NCBI GenBank assembly: GCA_035289845.1
Contig: DATDWB010000027.1
Location: 621-64,620 of the forward strand
Direction: 5' to 3'
Origin: Candidatus Nanoarchaeia archaeon
Lineage (GTDB): Archaea > Nanobdellota > Nanobdellia > Woesearchaeales > GW2011-AR9
DNA length: 64,000 nucleotides
Shown here piece after piece: positions 27,237 through 37,282 of this stretch. The notes under the pieces are model-generated. The model searched no databases. It saw nothing but the letters and a program-made list of their open reading frames with translations, and was not told where the DNA came from. Positions within the stretch are counted from its first letter, which is position 1, and the number at the start of each line of letters is the position of its first letter. The translations under genes and the position numbers were made by a program.

Positions 27237-28039
27237 GAGAGGGGATTTTGTTTAGATAAGCTTTTAATAAACCAGTACAAGGCATATAAAGATAATCCAA
27301 AGGGAATATAGCCCAAATAACCCAATAAGGGCATTTCAAATATTTTAATAAAATCTAAATAGGGAATAGTATAATACCACTTTACTGGAGCCCAGAAGTT
27401 CCATAATTCCCATAACCACCCACAAACTAAAGTACCTAGCATTAATGATAATAATAAAGAATATTTCCCCCTAGAGAGCTGATTAAGCAGAGAAGGAGAT
27501 TTAGTTAGATAATTTATGGGATCCAATAATAAGAATAAACTTATCCACACTAAAGGAAAAGTTTGATCAGGAAATATAAATGGCAAGACCAAGGCAATTA
27601 TCCCCAACAAAATTATACCTGACAATATACCATAAGTTAGTTTTAATCTTTTGTTCCAAGAAGAAAAAATGTTAAAAGACAACAATAGATCGCTGGTCAC
27701 AATCACCGCTGGCAGGACCGTAGAAAAAGATAGAGTGTACAGGATCCATTCGGGTCTACCAACACCCACATAGTACCAATTATTAACATAGATATTTAAT
27801 AGTTCATAAAACCACCAAATGGCAGCAGAAATAACAAACATCCAACCAAAAGTTTGGGGATCAGAAACAAATCTTGATTTTTGGGTACGATAATATACCC
27901 AGGCATCAATTATTAAAATATAACCAAACCATGAAAGAATAAAGGCCAAATAAGTTGAAAAAGGTTCAAGATGGTAGAAAGTTAAGAATTGCCCCAGCAA
28001 AAGCAATATCAGTCCCATGACCAAATGTAACTTCAACAT
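27233..28039 (-). CDS. polytopic membrane protein, hypothetical
   Basis: 268 aa with about 7 hydrophobic helices rich in Trp/Tyr. Confidence 0.4.
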   Translation of the reverse strand: MLKLHLVMGLILLLLGQFLTFYHLEPFSTYLAFILSWFGYILIIDAWVYYRTQKSRFVSDPQTFGWMFVISAAIWWFYELLNIYVNNWYYVGVGRPEWILYTLSFSTVLPAVIVTSDLLLSFNIFSSWNKRLKLTYGILSGIILLGIIALVLPFIFPDQTFPLVWISLFLLLDPINYLTKSPSLLNQLSRGKYSLLLSLMLGTLVCGWLWELWNFWAPVKWYYTIPYLDFIKIFEMPLLGYLGYIPFGLSLYALYWFIKSLSKQNPLS

Positions 28040-28110
28040 CTAGGTTTAGATATTAGGGAGATATATAAATTTTCACAAACAATTAAAAATAAAAACATCT
28101 TAATACCAAC

Positions 28111-29199
28111 ATGCCCAAAAAATCTATATCTTCCTTAGAATTAGCCGCTTTAGTTAATGAATTAGGATTTCTAAGGAAAGGAAAAATTTCTCAGATATAC
28201 CACCAAGGAAAGGGAGAATTGGTCCTTCAGCTGCACGCCCCTGGACAGGGAAAGAAATTGCTTAAAGTATTTCCCGGGAAATTTATGTGCCTAATTCCAG
28301 ATAAAGCTGATTCCCCACTGCGGCCATCCGGATTCTGCATGCAGCTAAGGAAATATATTGATAATGCGTTCATCAAAGATATTTATCAATTGGATTCGGA
28401 AAGAATTGTTATCTTTGAATTAGAAAAAAGTCAAAAATTTTTCCTAGTAATTGAATTTTATTCCAAGGGAAATCTTATCTTAACTGATAATAACTTGGAG
28501 ATTATTGCTACTCTAAACCGGCAGATTTGGAAAGACCGAGTAATAAAAGCTAACGAGAAATATGAGCTGCCAAAATCCAAGGTAAACTGGAAAAAACTAA
28601 CCGAGAAAGAATTACAGTCAGTTTTTAAAACTAGCCAATCCAAGAACCTAGCCCAGTGTTTAGCTGCCGAAGTAGGTTTAGGCGGATTGTATGCCGAAGA
28701 AGTTAGTTTACGAACCAAAATCGATAAAAATAAATTGCCTGCTGAATTAAATTTAGAAGAGATTGAAATAATTTTAAAAGGAATACAACATATTGTTAAG
28801 ACCCTGGATAAACCTAGAGGATATATCTACGAAGAAGAGATAACCCCTCTGCCATTGATAGGAAAAAAAGAATTAAAAGTTACTTCGACCTATAATGAAG
28901 CCATAAATACTATTAAGTTAAATGAAGTTGTTTCTCCTTATGACCAACAGATAAAGAAACTTAAAAGAACTCTAGCCCTGCAGGAAGAGGCAATTGCCAG
29001 ATTAGATGATAAAATAAAAATTAATACCCATAAGGGAGAATTAATTTACGAAAAATATGCTCCGCTTCAAAAATTATTAGAAATTGTTAAACAACTGCGC
29101 CGGATTAAAAATTGGGAGGAAGTAGCTTCCGAACTGAAGAAAGAAAAGAAGATAAGAACAATAGATTTAAAAAATAAAAAAGTAGCAATTGAACTGTAA
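28111..29199 (+). CDS. NFACT-N domain protein (RqcH/Rqc2/FbpA-like N-terminal module plus coiled coil), apparently lacking NFACT-R
   Basis: 'SISSLELAALVNELGFLRKGKISQIYHQGKGELVLQLHAPGQGKKLLKVFPGK...' resembles the NFACT-N/FbpA N-terminus. Ends in a long coiled coil. Only 362 aa, whereas full-length homologues are about 600 aa or more. Confidence 0.55.
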   Translation: MPKKSISSLELAALVNELGFLRKGKISQIYHQGKGELVLQLHAPGQGKKLLKVFPGKFMCLIPDKADSPLRPSGFCMQLRKYIDNAFIKDIYQLDSERIVIFELEKSQKFFLVIEFYSKGNLILTDNNLEIIATLNRQIWKDRVIKANEKYELPKSKVNWKKLTEKELQSVFKTSQSKNLAQCLAAEVGLGGLYAEEVSLRTKIDKNKLPAELNLEEIEIILKGIQHIVKTLDKPRGYIYEEEITPLPLIGKKELKVTSTYNEAINTIKLNEVVSPYDQQIKKLKRTLALQEEAIARLDDKIKINTHKGELIYEKYAPLQKLLEIVKQLRRIKNWEEVASELKKEKKIRTIDLKNKKVAIEL

Positions 29200-29252
29200 T
29201 TTCCCTGTGTTATCCCGAAAATTTCTTAAATAACCTAATACCTTAATTTAAA

Positions 29253-29999
29253 GTGATAAAAAACACCTTCATTTTATTAGCTAAAATTGGAACAAAGAAA
29301 GAACAAACTTTATGGAGCCAAGGAATCACTGATTGGGATAAATTTCTTAAGACTAAATACATTAAGGGATGGCCTAAAAAACAGTACTATGACCACCGGA
29401 TAATCCAGGCTCAGCAAGAATTAAGTAAAGGAAATTCGGAGTATTTCAGTAATAAAATGCCTTCAAAAGAAAAATGGAGATTGTATGATCATTTTAAGGA
29501 TGAAGCGGGATATTTAGATCTAGAGATCGATTCTTACGGCCGGATAATTGTGATAGGATTATCAAATTATTATAATACCAATTTTCTTGTCCGAGGAGTA
29601 AATTTAGATAAGGAAAATTTACAAAAAGAACTAGACAAATACAAAATAATTGTCACTTTCAATGGTTCAGCTTTTGATCTGCCAAGAATAAAGAATCAAT
29701 TGGGAGTAGAAGTTAAAGTCCCGCATATTGACCTTAAGCCATTATGTATAAATTTAGGATTAAAAGGAGGATTGAAAGAAATTGAAAAGCAGTTGAATCT
29801 TCGGCGTCCAGAGCATTTGAATGGAAATCCGGTAGAGTTATGGAAAGCTTTTCAGGCCTCTACCGACCGGGAATATTTGGAACTGTTATTAGATTATAAC
29901 CGCGAAGACTGCGAGAATTTGAAAGGAGTTATGGAATATGTATATAGGGAGATGAAAGGCATAGTGGAAAAACTATATAAACCCATAAGACTGCATTAA
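29253..29999 (+). CDS. RNase H-like fold 3'-5' exonuclease (YprB/RNase_H_2-like)
   Basis: 'LDLEIDSYGRIIVIGL', 'IIVTFNGSAFDLPRIKNQ', 'HIDLKP', 'DYNREDCENL' give a DEDD-like arrangement. Confidence 0.45.
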   Translation: MIKNTFILLAKIGTKKEQTLWSQGITDWDKFLKTKYIKGWPKKQYYDHRIIQAQQELSKGNSEYFSNKMPSKEKWRLYDHFKDEAGYLDLEIDSYGRIIVIGLSNYYNTNFLVRGVNLDKENLQKELDKYKIIVTFNGSAFDLPRIKNQLGVEVKVPHIDLKPLCINLGLKGGLKEIEKQLNLRRPEHLNGNPVELWKAFQASTDREYLELLLDYNREDCENLKGVMEYVYREMKGIVEKLYKPIRLH

Positions 30000-30002
30000 G
30001 GT

Positions 30003-31106
30003 ATGCCGATCACTCCTTGGGAAGTTTCTGAAAAAATTGATTATAATCGCTTAATAGAACAATTTGGATTGCAGCGGTTTAAATCCCTGCCTAGTCAATT
30101 TAAGGATAATGTACTGTTTAGGAGAGAGATAATATTTGCCCACCGGGATTTCAACCAAATTTTAGACTCTATTCAGAAGAAAAAACCTTTTGCCATGATG
30201 ACCGGATTGATGCCTTCAGGCAAGTTTCATTTTGGTCATAAGATGGTAGCGGATCAAGTTATATTCTATCAAAACCTGGGAGCTAAAATTTATCTCAATG
30301 TAGCGGATGTAGAAGCTTACAATTCCCGCAATCCAAACCTGAAAGAACTGCGTGAAACAGCTATCAAAGAATATTTGACCAACTACTTAGCCCTAGGATT
30401 AGACTTAAAAAAATGTGATTTTTATTTTCAATCTTCCAGATCTAAGGATGGACAAAAATCAAATGCTTACTATAGCTTAGCTAACTTTCTAGCTAGGCAT
30501 GTAACTGCCAATGAATTTAAAGCTATATATGGAGAAATTCCTCCCGGAAAAATGGTTTCTGCCTTACTGCAGGCGGCAGATATGCTTCATCCCCAGCTGA
30601 AAGAGTTTAGTCCCAAACCCATTCCGGTAGTGGTTCCTGTAGGAGCAGATCAAGATCCCCATCTGCGTTTAGCTCGGGATTTGTCCAAGCGAATAAAAGA
30701 ATTTAATTTTATTCAATTAAGTTCTACCTATCACCAATTCATGCCGGGATTAAAAGGGGGAAAAATGTCTTCCTCCGATCCATTATCCTACCTATCCTTA
30801 ACTGAAAGCGCTGAAGAAGTAGAACTAAAAATTAAAAAACATGCTTTCTCCGGCGGCCAACCTACTCTAGAAGAACATCGAAAGAAAGGCGGTGATCCAG
30901 AAGTTGACGTGCCGTTTCAGATGCTGAAGTTTGGATTGGAACCAGATGATAAAAAATTAAAACAAATTGAAATTGATTACCGCAGCGGGAAATTGCTAAC
31001 TGGTGAAATTAAAAAGATTTTAATAGATAAATTAGTTACCTTCCTTAAACAACATCAGCGTAAAAGAAAGCTGGCCGAAAAAACTGCGGAGAAGTATGTA
31101 GTTTAA
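30003..31106 (+). CDS. trpS: tryptophanyl-tRNA synthetase, archaeal/eukaryal type
   Basis: 'IDYNRLIEQFG', 'LFRREIIFAHRDFNQIL', HIGH-like 'PSGKFHFGH', KMSKS-like 'KMSSS'. 367 aa fits TrpRS rather than the shorter archaeal TyrRS. Confidence 0.8.
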   Translation: MPITPWEVSEKIDYNRLIEQFGLQRFKSLPSQFKDNVLFRREIIFAHRDFNQILDSIQKKKPFAMMTGLMPSGKFHFGHKMVADQVIFYQNLGAKIYLNVADVEAYNSRNPNLKELRETAIKEYLTNYLALGLDLKKCDFYFQSSRSKDGQKSNAYYSLANFLARHVTANEFKAIYGEIPPGKMVSALLQAADMLHPQLKEFSPKPIPVVVPVGADQDPHLRLARDLSKRIKEFNFIQLSSTYHQFMPGLKGGKMSSSDPLSYLSLTESAEEVELKIKKHAFSGGQPTLEEHRKKGGDPEVDVPFQMLKFGLEPDDKKLKQIEIDYRSGKLLTGEIKKILIDKLVTFLKQHQRKRKLAEKTAEKYVV

Positions 31107-31155
31107 AAAAGGTTTAAAGAAGTGTAAAATTAAATATAGTCTAAAGAGGGAAAAA

Positions 31156-32526
31156 ATGAAGAAAAATTACGGATATACCCCAAAAATAGGGTTGATAATA
31201 ACATTCTTAATTGTTATATTAACCTTAACCGCCTGTCAAAAACAGATTCCACCAACGGTAGATGTTGCAGCCGAGTCGCCTGTAGATATAGAATCGAAAA
31301 TTATAACAGCTGAACCAGAAGAAATAGAATCGGCAATAGAGTTAGAAAAAACAGAACCTAAAACAACCCAATTACAACTTTTTGACCCTACTATTACTTA
31401 TACCGGAGCCTATAATGGGCCTCTTTACGCTACTTCAGAGCAGGTGGGATCGGCATCCATGAATTCTTTTTTTAAAAACCTAGATCGAAACGGAATTAAT
31501 TATTTTATAGGTTTCTTTGGCATTTCTGGAGAACCTAGTCCTGAAACTCTTACTAGTGACCAAGGATTGGGGGAAGTAATTGATGCGGTACAAAAACATC
31601 CTTACCGAGTTATTCCATTTTTTAACCCCGGAATTGGAGGGGAAGAAATAGAGCAAAAAGGATATCTCAAAACTGATTTAATTAACTGGTACAAAAGCAC
31701 ACTATCTGCTTCTCAAAAGATAGTTGGAAAAAATTTTATTAAAGGAATCGGAGAAATTGAAACTCAAGAATGGAGTGCTAGACACAATGATCCCAAAATA
31801 ATTGAGCTCGTTCAATGGGCTAATAACCAGGCAATTAATTTCATGTTCCACCCAGTAGCTAGCAAATTTGGAGATGTTGAAAAAATAATTGAAGCTTACC
31901 CTAATACCATTTTCTTAATACATATGTATAGAGAAGATCTAGAAAAAAGTAAGAGCGAACTTATTAGAGTATTAAAAGAGCATAATAATCTTTATTTTAG
32001 CATAGATGCTGCCCACATAATCCATATTGAGGGAGATGCCATTTATGATTTAGACAGCAGTGATAAAGAATCATCGATTAAAAAATTTGTGTCTTATTAT
32101 GATTCCAAAGAAAATACCTTAATTAATAATGCCATTAAAGCTTATAAGCCCTTAGTTGATGCCGCTCCGGATAAAGTCATGTGGGGTACAGAGATAGGCC
32201 CAGAGTATGCTTTTGACCCGCAAGTATTTGACCGAGCAATTAAAGCTTCAAGGATGGTCATTGCCGGGTTTAATAAAGAACACCAAGAGGCAGTGGGATA
32301 TAAAAATGCGCTGAGAGTATTTGGTGAAGGAGTAGCAGTTGAGTCAAGCATTAAAATTATCAATACTGGATCATGGCCGGATTGTAGCAATACTCAGATG
32401 AGTGATTGTGATGGATCCTGTGAAATTCCGGATTCGGATATATTAACGACTGAGCAAGAAGCTTGCTTCCATAGTTGTCTTAATGAGAAGAAATGTACAG
32501 AGGTAGTTGAACAGGATATTGGTTAA
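31156..32526 (+). CDS. predicted secreted lipoprotein (lipobox LTLTAC), hypothetical, Cys-rich C-terminus
   Basis: Signal 'IGLIITFLIVILTLTAC' ends in a lipobox-like L-T-A-C. C-terminal Cys cluster 'CSNTQMSDCDGSCEIPD...CFHSCLNEKKC'. Confidence 0.45.
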   Translation: MKKNYGYTPKIGLIITFLIVILTLTACQKQIPPTVDVAAESPVDIESKIITAEPEEIESAIELEKTEPKTTQLQLFDPTITYTGAYNGPLYATSEQVGSASMNSFFKNLDRNGINYFIGFFGISGEPSPETLTSDQGLGEVIDAVQKHPYRVIPFFNPGIGGEEIEQKGYLKTDLINWYKSTLSASQKIVGKNFIKGIGEIETQEWSARHNDPKIIELVQWANNQAINFMFHPVASKFGDVEKIIEAYPNTIFLIHMYREDLEKSKSELIRVLKEHNNLYFSIDAAHIIHIEGDAIYDLDSSDKESSIKKFVSYYDSKENTLINNAIKAYKPLVDAAPDKVMWGTEIGPEYAFDPQVFDRAIKASRMVIAGFNKEHQEAVGYKNALRVFGEGVAVESSIKIINTGSWPDCSNTQMSDCDGSCEIPDSDILTTEQEACFHSCLNEKKCTEVVEQDIG

Positions 32527-32621
32527 ACCACTTCCAAATACTATTTACCAATCATTGGATATATTTGTGGACATACCACACCAATAGAAGATTTTTTAAA
32601 TAATAAAAAAATCCTTACCTT

Positions 32622-32858
32622 ATGCCTAAAAAAGTAAAATCACGGAAATCAGAAAAAAGCAAACCTGAAGTCAAGCCTTCTCGCCATTGGCAGGTTGTAC
32701 CCTTGAAAAGCAGTTTCATGGTTACAGCGATAGTTGGGTTTATTATCAGCGCGTTTTTGATAGATGATTTTAATTATAGATTGGCGTTTATGATTGTGTT
32801 CGGGTTAATGTTCATTGCTTCGTTTATAAGTTTAGAGAAAGCTCCAGTAATGGAATAA
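32622..32858 (+). CDS. small membrane protein (78 aa), hypothetical
   Basis: Basic N-terminus followed by two TM helices. Confidence 0.3.
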   Translation: MPKKVKSRKSEKSKPEVKPSRHWQVVPLKSSFMVTAIVGFIISAFLIDDFNYRLAFMIVFGLMFIASFISLEKAPVME

Positions 32859-32865
32859 ATCAATT

Positions 32866-32960
32866 CTTGGCCGAGGCTATCCCACCGCTCCCTGTGGTCG
32901 CTACGCAGCAAGCTGCGGGGTATTAGACCCACAACGGGAATAAAAGTATAGGTGCTCAAC
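32866..32960. other. locally GC-rich structured element (candidate ncRNA or regulatory structure)
   Basis: 'GGCCGAGGCTATCCCACCGCTCCCTGTGGTCGCTACGCAGCAAGCTGCGGGGTATTAGACCCACAACGGG' contains hairpins GCAGC-AA-GCTGC and TGTGGTC...GACCCACA. Stands out against AT-rich flanks in a 173-nt intergenic gap. Confidence 0.2.
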
Positions 32961-33031
32961 GGATATAGCAACCCGATAACCAAAAATCTTTTAAAAGGGG
33001 GAGATATCTTTTATTAAAATTATATTCAAGG

Positions 33032-33466
33032 ATGGAAAAAATGGTTGCAAAATTTAAAATGCTGTTGGCTGCCACAAGTGTCGCTGTTTCTTTAAGTGCA
33101 TGTCCAAAAAACAATACTGAAAGTGAAACAACAACTATCGAGAGTGTTTTAAAGACCGAAAATCCTTTAGAAGTCACAATTTATCCCGTTAACGGAAATG
33201 ACCTATACTCACCGAACCCAGTTATTAAAGTGTGGGGTTACAGTGTTCGTTCTCAGAGAGGTACTAACTTTGGAATTGGTTATGATTCCCTGCCAGAATT
33301 AGTAGAGAATTTAAAAGAAAGTTTATCAACACTTCAGCAACCAACGGGAATGATTCTTCATACTTTCGGGCTAGGTTCAGATCATGTGGACGCCATCGTA
33401 AAGGGGATGGAAGTCGCTAAAGTTGCTTATGATGGAAGGGAACAAAAAATAAATGGGTACTTTTAA
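33032..33466 (+). CDS. predicted secreted lipoprotein (lipobox SLSAC), hypothetical
   Basis: Signal 'MLLAATSVAVSLSAC' with lipobox L-S-A-C. Confidence 0.45.
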   Translation: MEKMVAKFKMLLAATSVAVSLSACPKNNTESETTTIESVLKTENPLEVTIYPVNGNDLYSPNPVIKVWGYSVRSQRGTNFGIGYDSLPELVENLKESLSTLQQPTGMILHTFGLGSDHVDAIVKGMEVAKVAYDGREQKINGYF

Positions 33467-33471
33467 GGTAG

Positions 33472-33765
33472 TTAAGGTTTCAAATCAAACTTTTCCTTAG
33501 CTTTGCTTTCTTTCCAGAATACTTCATGCGAGGCCCGTTTCTCAAACAAAGCTATTGCCAAATTAGCCACATTTTCATCAGTATTTAGGCCCCGTTTAAT
33601 AGCTAATATTTTAGCTTCCTGAAGACATTCATCCAAAATTAAAAAGTTTATTTTTTTACATTCTTCCGCTGCCTGCAGCTCTTCTTCAGATGTTAGAAAT
33701 ATCTCTTCCCACACTGGATAATTACTGCCCGGTATAGTCCGAGGGAAAGTTTTGGAAAAAACCAT
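33472..33765 (-). CDS. hypothetical protein (97 aa)
   Basis: ORF only. Confidence 0.3.
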   Translation of the reverse strand: MVFSKTFPRTIPGSNYPVWEEIFLTSEEELQAAEECKKINFLILDECLQEAKILAIKRGLNTDENVANLAIALFEKRASHEVFWKESKAKEKFDLKP

Positions 33766-33818
33766 TTTTTAAGCCTAACTATAAGAATATTTATAAATTT
33801 GTATAGTACAATATCATT

Positions 33819-34544
33819 ATGCCTTCCTTCTGGAAACACGTAAATACAGTAATTGCTGAATCTAAAATAGTTATTGAAGTGCTGGATGCCAGGATGATTG
33901 AAGATACTCGAAATATAGAAATAGAGCGAAAAATTGCCCAGGCAGGGAAAATATTGTTATTTGTAATCAATAAAAGTGACTTAGCTGACAAAAATAAGCT
34001 GCAGCAAGTAAAAAAAAAATTAAATCCGGCGGTGTTTATTTCCAGCACCCAAAAGTTAGGCACAACCATTCTAAAGAAGAAAATATTGGAATTATGCAAG
34101 GGAGAAAAGGTGATAGTGGGAGTAGTGGGTTACCCAAATGTAGGTAAATCTTCACTAATAAATGCTTTATCCGGCCGGGGAGCCGCACGAACTTCCTCGG
34201 AAAGCGGATATACTAAAGGATTGCAGAAGATTAAAGTGGATAATAAAATAACTGTCCTAGATACCCCGGGAGTATTTCCCTACAAAGAAAAAGATGTGAT
34301 TAAACATGGCAAGACGGGAGCAATTGATTATTCTAAAATAAAAGATCCAGAATTGGCCGCCTTAAAATTAATTGAAGGAGAAAAAGAACTAATTAAGAGG
34401 CATTATAAGGTAGAAGGGGACAACCCAGAAGACATTTTAGCTAACATTGCCAAAAAAATTAACCGGCTAACCAAAGGCGGGGAGCCAAATTTAGATTCGG
34501 CCGCCCGATGGGTACTCAAAGGGTGGCAAACAGGAAAAATTTAA
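33819..34544 (+). CDS. circularly permuted GTPase, YlqF/RbgA (Nog2/Lsg1-like) ribosome-biogenesis family
   Basis: G4 'VINKSDL' precedes G1 'GYPNVGKSSLIN' and G3 'DTPG', the hallmark order of cpGTPases. Confidence 0.75.
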   Translation: MPSFWKHVNTVIAESKIVIEVLDARMIEDTRNIEIERKIAQAGKILLFVINKSDLADKNKLQQVKKKLNPAVFISSTQKLGTTILKKKILELCKGEKVIVGVVGYPNVGKSSLINALSGRGAARTSSESGYTKGLQKIKVDNKITVLDTPGVFPYKEKDVIKHGKTGAIDYSKIKDPELAALKLIEGEKELIKRHYKVEGDNPEDILANIAKKINRLTKGGEPNLDSAARWVLKGWQTGKI

Positions 34545-34572
34545 AAATTCAAATTATTATCCAGCTTATGAG

Positions 34573-34977
34573 GTGAATGTTATGAATTTATTTAAACAAA
34601 AATATAATGACCAATTATATTTCTTGTTCCGGATTGTAGTGGGATTAATGTTTCTAGGCCACGGCGGACAAAAATTGTTTGGTTGGATGGGAGGCAATGG
34701 AGTAGAATTGATGAGTTTGATGGGATTAGCCGGAGTAATTGAATTGGTAGGCGGGATACTTATAACCCTAGGTGTGTTTACCCGACTAGTAGCGGCCATA
34801 GCCGCAGTAGAAATGTTAGTAGCATTCTTTAAAATGCACGTATCCCAAGGCTGGAACCCGCTTATGAACGGAGGGGAACTAGCTTTGCTATACTTTGCTG
34901 CTTTCCTGGTAATGGTGGCCTGGGGCAACGGAAAATTGAGTTTAGAAAAGAAATTATTCAAAAAAGAACGATTTTGA
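34573..34977 (+). CDS. DoxX family membrane protein
   Basis: 'LFRIVVGLMFLGHGGQKLFGWMGG' and overall four-TM DoxX layout. Confidence 0.75.
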   Translation: MNVMNLFKQKYNDQLYFLFRIVVGLMFLGHGGQKLFGWMGGNGVELMSLMGLAGVIELVGGILITLGVFTRLVAAIAAVEMLVAFFKMHVSQGWNPLMNGGELALLYFAAFLVMVAWGNGKLSLEKKLFKKERF

Positions 34978-34992
34978 ATAATTTCTTTTTAT

Positions 34993-37209
34993 TTATTTTT
35001 TATTATATTCTGCAGTAAATAATTTAACTAATTTTTCGGCGGTTTTTGGACCTATCCCCTCCAATTCCTGCAGCTGTTGAGGGTTAGAATTGACTAAATT
35101 TTTAATAGTTTGCAGCTGTTCTAATATTTTTTTAGCTCCAGATAAACCTATTCCCGGCAAGGAAGAGATAAAATATTCCTGCTGCTCACTGATAGTAGAA
35201 GGTTTTTGATTAGGGAGAGATAAACCAGAATCCTTGCCCTGTTCCCGCTTAGCCATTATAGCTAATAACAGGGCCGTATCCTGAGGATTTTTAGTGTAGA
35301 GGATAGGAATGTTAAAATCTAAAGTTATTGAAGCCAGCATACCCCTAATGGCATTAGGGTGAATTTTTCTTACCCCATAAATGTCCTCCTCTCCTTCGAT
35401 GATCAAGATTGATTTAGGAAAATTAGCACGCAGCTCTTTCATCTGATCTAATAATCGGCCATCGATTATGGAAGCTACAAAATCCGGAATCTTTTTAAGT
35501 TCCACCCCTACCTGTCCGGAAAGAATATAATCAGCCGAATTTAATTGAGCGGTTTTAACGGCAACATTAAGTTCTATTAACTCTTTAACTACCTTATTAT
35601 CTTTCTCCCGATGATCAGCTAAAATAGAGATAACCGAAGAAGTGTTATTAACAAAACTGTTCAAATTAGTATTACCAATGGGTTTAGTTTCAAAATCTTT
35701 AATTAAAGAAAAACTCCGCTTCAACTGCTCTAAATTACGATACATCCGTTTTTCTTTATGCACGGAACTCCATCTATAAGCTTCATCCCGGGTGCCTTCG
35801 GTAACTAAAATAGTTACTTCGCCCTGCTCTAATCTGCCCGTCCGTCCTCGGCGTTGAATAGAACGTACTGCGCTGGGGATGGGTTCATAAAAAATTACTT
35901 TATCCACTTTAGGGATATCCAAGCCTTCTTCGGCCACTGAAGTAGCAATTAATACGGAAAATTGTCCCTGCCGGAAATTATCAAGAACTTCCTTCTGCTG
36001 TTTCTGAGTGAAACCTAGCCCTTTTTTCTTAGCTTGGCCAACAAAGATATGGTTTTTTACCCGGAGGTTATTAATCTCTGTGACAATCTCTTCAGCAGTG
36101 TCGCGGAATTGGGTAAAAATTATTATTTTGGCAGCTTGATTTTTAGTTAAAACTTCTTGCACCAATTCTTTAAGTTTAGCTTGTTTGGGGTGCTGAACGT
36201 GTTGATTCAGCAGTTGGTTGGTTAAGTGGACAGATTCCTTAAACAGTTCATCCAATACTAAATTCTTAACAGCCTTCACTTTAGAACTTACGGCTTGAGA
36301 TTGAAGTTTATCAAAATATTCAGTTAACGGCTTTATCCCCTGTGATTCCAATAATTCTAAGGCATGCTCCACTTTCAAGGCTTCAGCTAATAAAGAAATT
36401 GATCTCAGAGCTTCAAAATTTAACTCCCCGCTGGAAATTTCTTTCTGCAATTCCAACTGCAATCCCAACATTTGGCTTTTATTTAGATCACTGCTGTGGC
36501 TGCAGCCAAGCTGTTTAATTTCAATTAACTTGTTAGCTATACAGGTTTTAAGTTTAGTTCGGATAGATTTGAATTCTTCCGGAAAGGGAACTTTAACCCA
36601 TTTTAATTTAACGGTCTGCAAATAAGGTTTAACGTCCGGATCCGATTCAGTTCTTACCTCAACCTTATCAATCTTTAAATTGGCACAAACTTCCTTAATT
36701 TTTTCCAAATCACTGCCAGGAGAAGCTGTTAGAGCTAGAATTCGTCCATAGTTAGATTGTTTATCATACTGTTCAGCAATCCATACATAAGCATATTCTC
36801 CGGTGGCGTGATGACACTCATCAAAGATTAGCAGGGATACTTCCGCCAACCTTATTCGCTGGTTAATAATGTCGTTTTCTAATCCCTGAGGAGTGGAAAT
36901 AATTATTTGAGCCGATTTCCACATTTCCGCCCGGGTATCGGGCCGCACATTCCCAGTGAAGAGGACCACCTTGTCTGGATCTATAGCCAGATGTTTTTGG
37001 AATGACTGGACATGCTGCTCGCAGAGAGGTTTAGTTGGAGCTAACATCAAAATCTTAGAATTAGGATAATTGTTCATTCTCTGAGCGGCCAATAAAAAAG
37101 CGCAGGCGGTCTTCCCTAGACCTGTAGGAAGAACAACCAGAGTGTTATGTTTTACGCTGGTGTAGAGAATAGTTTGTTGATATAATCTAGGAGTGAAATC
37201 CTTGAGCAT
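34993..37209 (-). CDS. hef: Hef/FANCM-like helicase-nuclease (SF2 helicase + ERCC4/XPF nuclease + HhH2)
   Basis: Helicase motifs 'LPTGLGKT' and 'DECHHATG'. Nuclease 'ILADHREK...ADYILS...ERK'-type ERCC4 core ('SVISILADHREKDNKVVKEL...IIEGEEDIYG'). C-terminal HhH2 'LPGIGLSGAKKILEQ...LEGIGPKTAEKL'. Confidence 0.85.
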   Translation of the reverse strand: MLKDFTPRLYQQTILYTSVKHNTLVVLPTGLGKTACAFLLAAQRMNNYPNSKILMLAPTKPLCEQHVQSFQKHLAIDPDKVVLFTGNVRPDTRAEMWKSAQIIISTPQGLENDIINQRIRLAEVSLLIFDECHHATGEYAYVWIAEQYDKQSNYGRILALTASPGSDLEKIKEVCANLKIDKVEVRTESDPDVKPYLQTVKLKWVKVPFPEEFKSIRTKLKTCIANKLIEIKQLGCSHSSDLNKSQMLGLQLELQKEISSGELNFEALRSISLLAEALKVEHALELLESQGIKPLTEYFDKLQSQAVSSKVKAVKNLVLDELFKESVHLTNQLLNQHVQHPKQAKLKELVQEVLTKNQAAKIIIFTQFRDTAEEIVTEINNLRVKNHIFVGQAKKKGLGFTQKQQKEVLDNFRQGQFSVLIATSVAEEGLDIPKVDKVIFYEPIPSAVRSIQRRGRTGRLEQGEVTILVTEGTRDEAYRWSSVHKEKRMYRNLEQLKRSFSLIKDFETKPIGNTNLNSFVNNTSSVISILADHREKDNKVVKELIELNVAVKTAQLNSADYILSGQVGVELKKIPDFVASIIDGRLLDQMKELRANFPKSILIIEGEEDIYGVRKIHPNAIRGMLASITLDFNIPILYTKNPQDTALLLAIMAKREQGKDSGLSLPNQKPSTISEQQEYFISSLPGIGLSGAKKILEQLQTIKNLVNSNPQQLQELEGIGPKTAEKLVKLFTAEYNKK

Positions 37210-37282
37210 AGTGGGTTGGAAGGAGGTTAGTTTATATAGATTATGGGCAGATGACTAGTGTGGGGAGTGGCAATTAAAGTTA

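Noticed and set aside
32866-33031. Possibility that the GC-rich island is the 5' Alu domain of SRP (7S) RNA.
   Set aside because: A full archaeal SRP RNA needs ~300 nt. Only ~170 nt separate the flanking CDSs, and the downstream CDS has a convincing lipoprotein signal peptide. Kept only as an unassigned structured element.
34566-34961. 131-aa minus-strand ORF overlapping the DoxX gene.
   Set aside because: Pro/Asn-rich shadow ORF. The plus-strand DoxX reading frame has the family's conserved motif.
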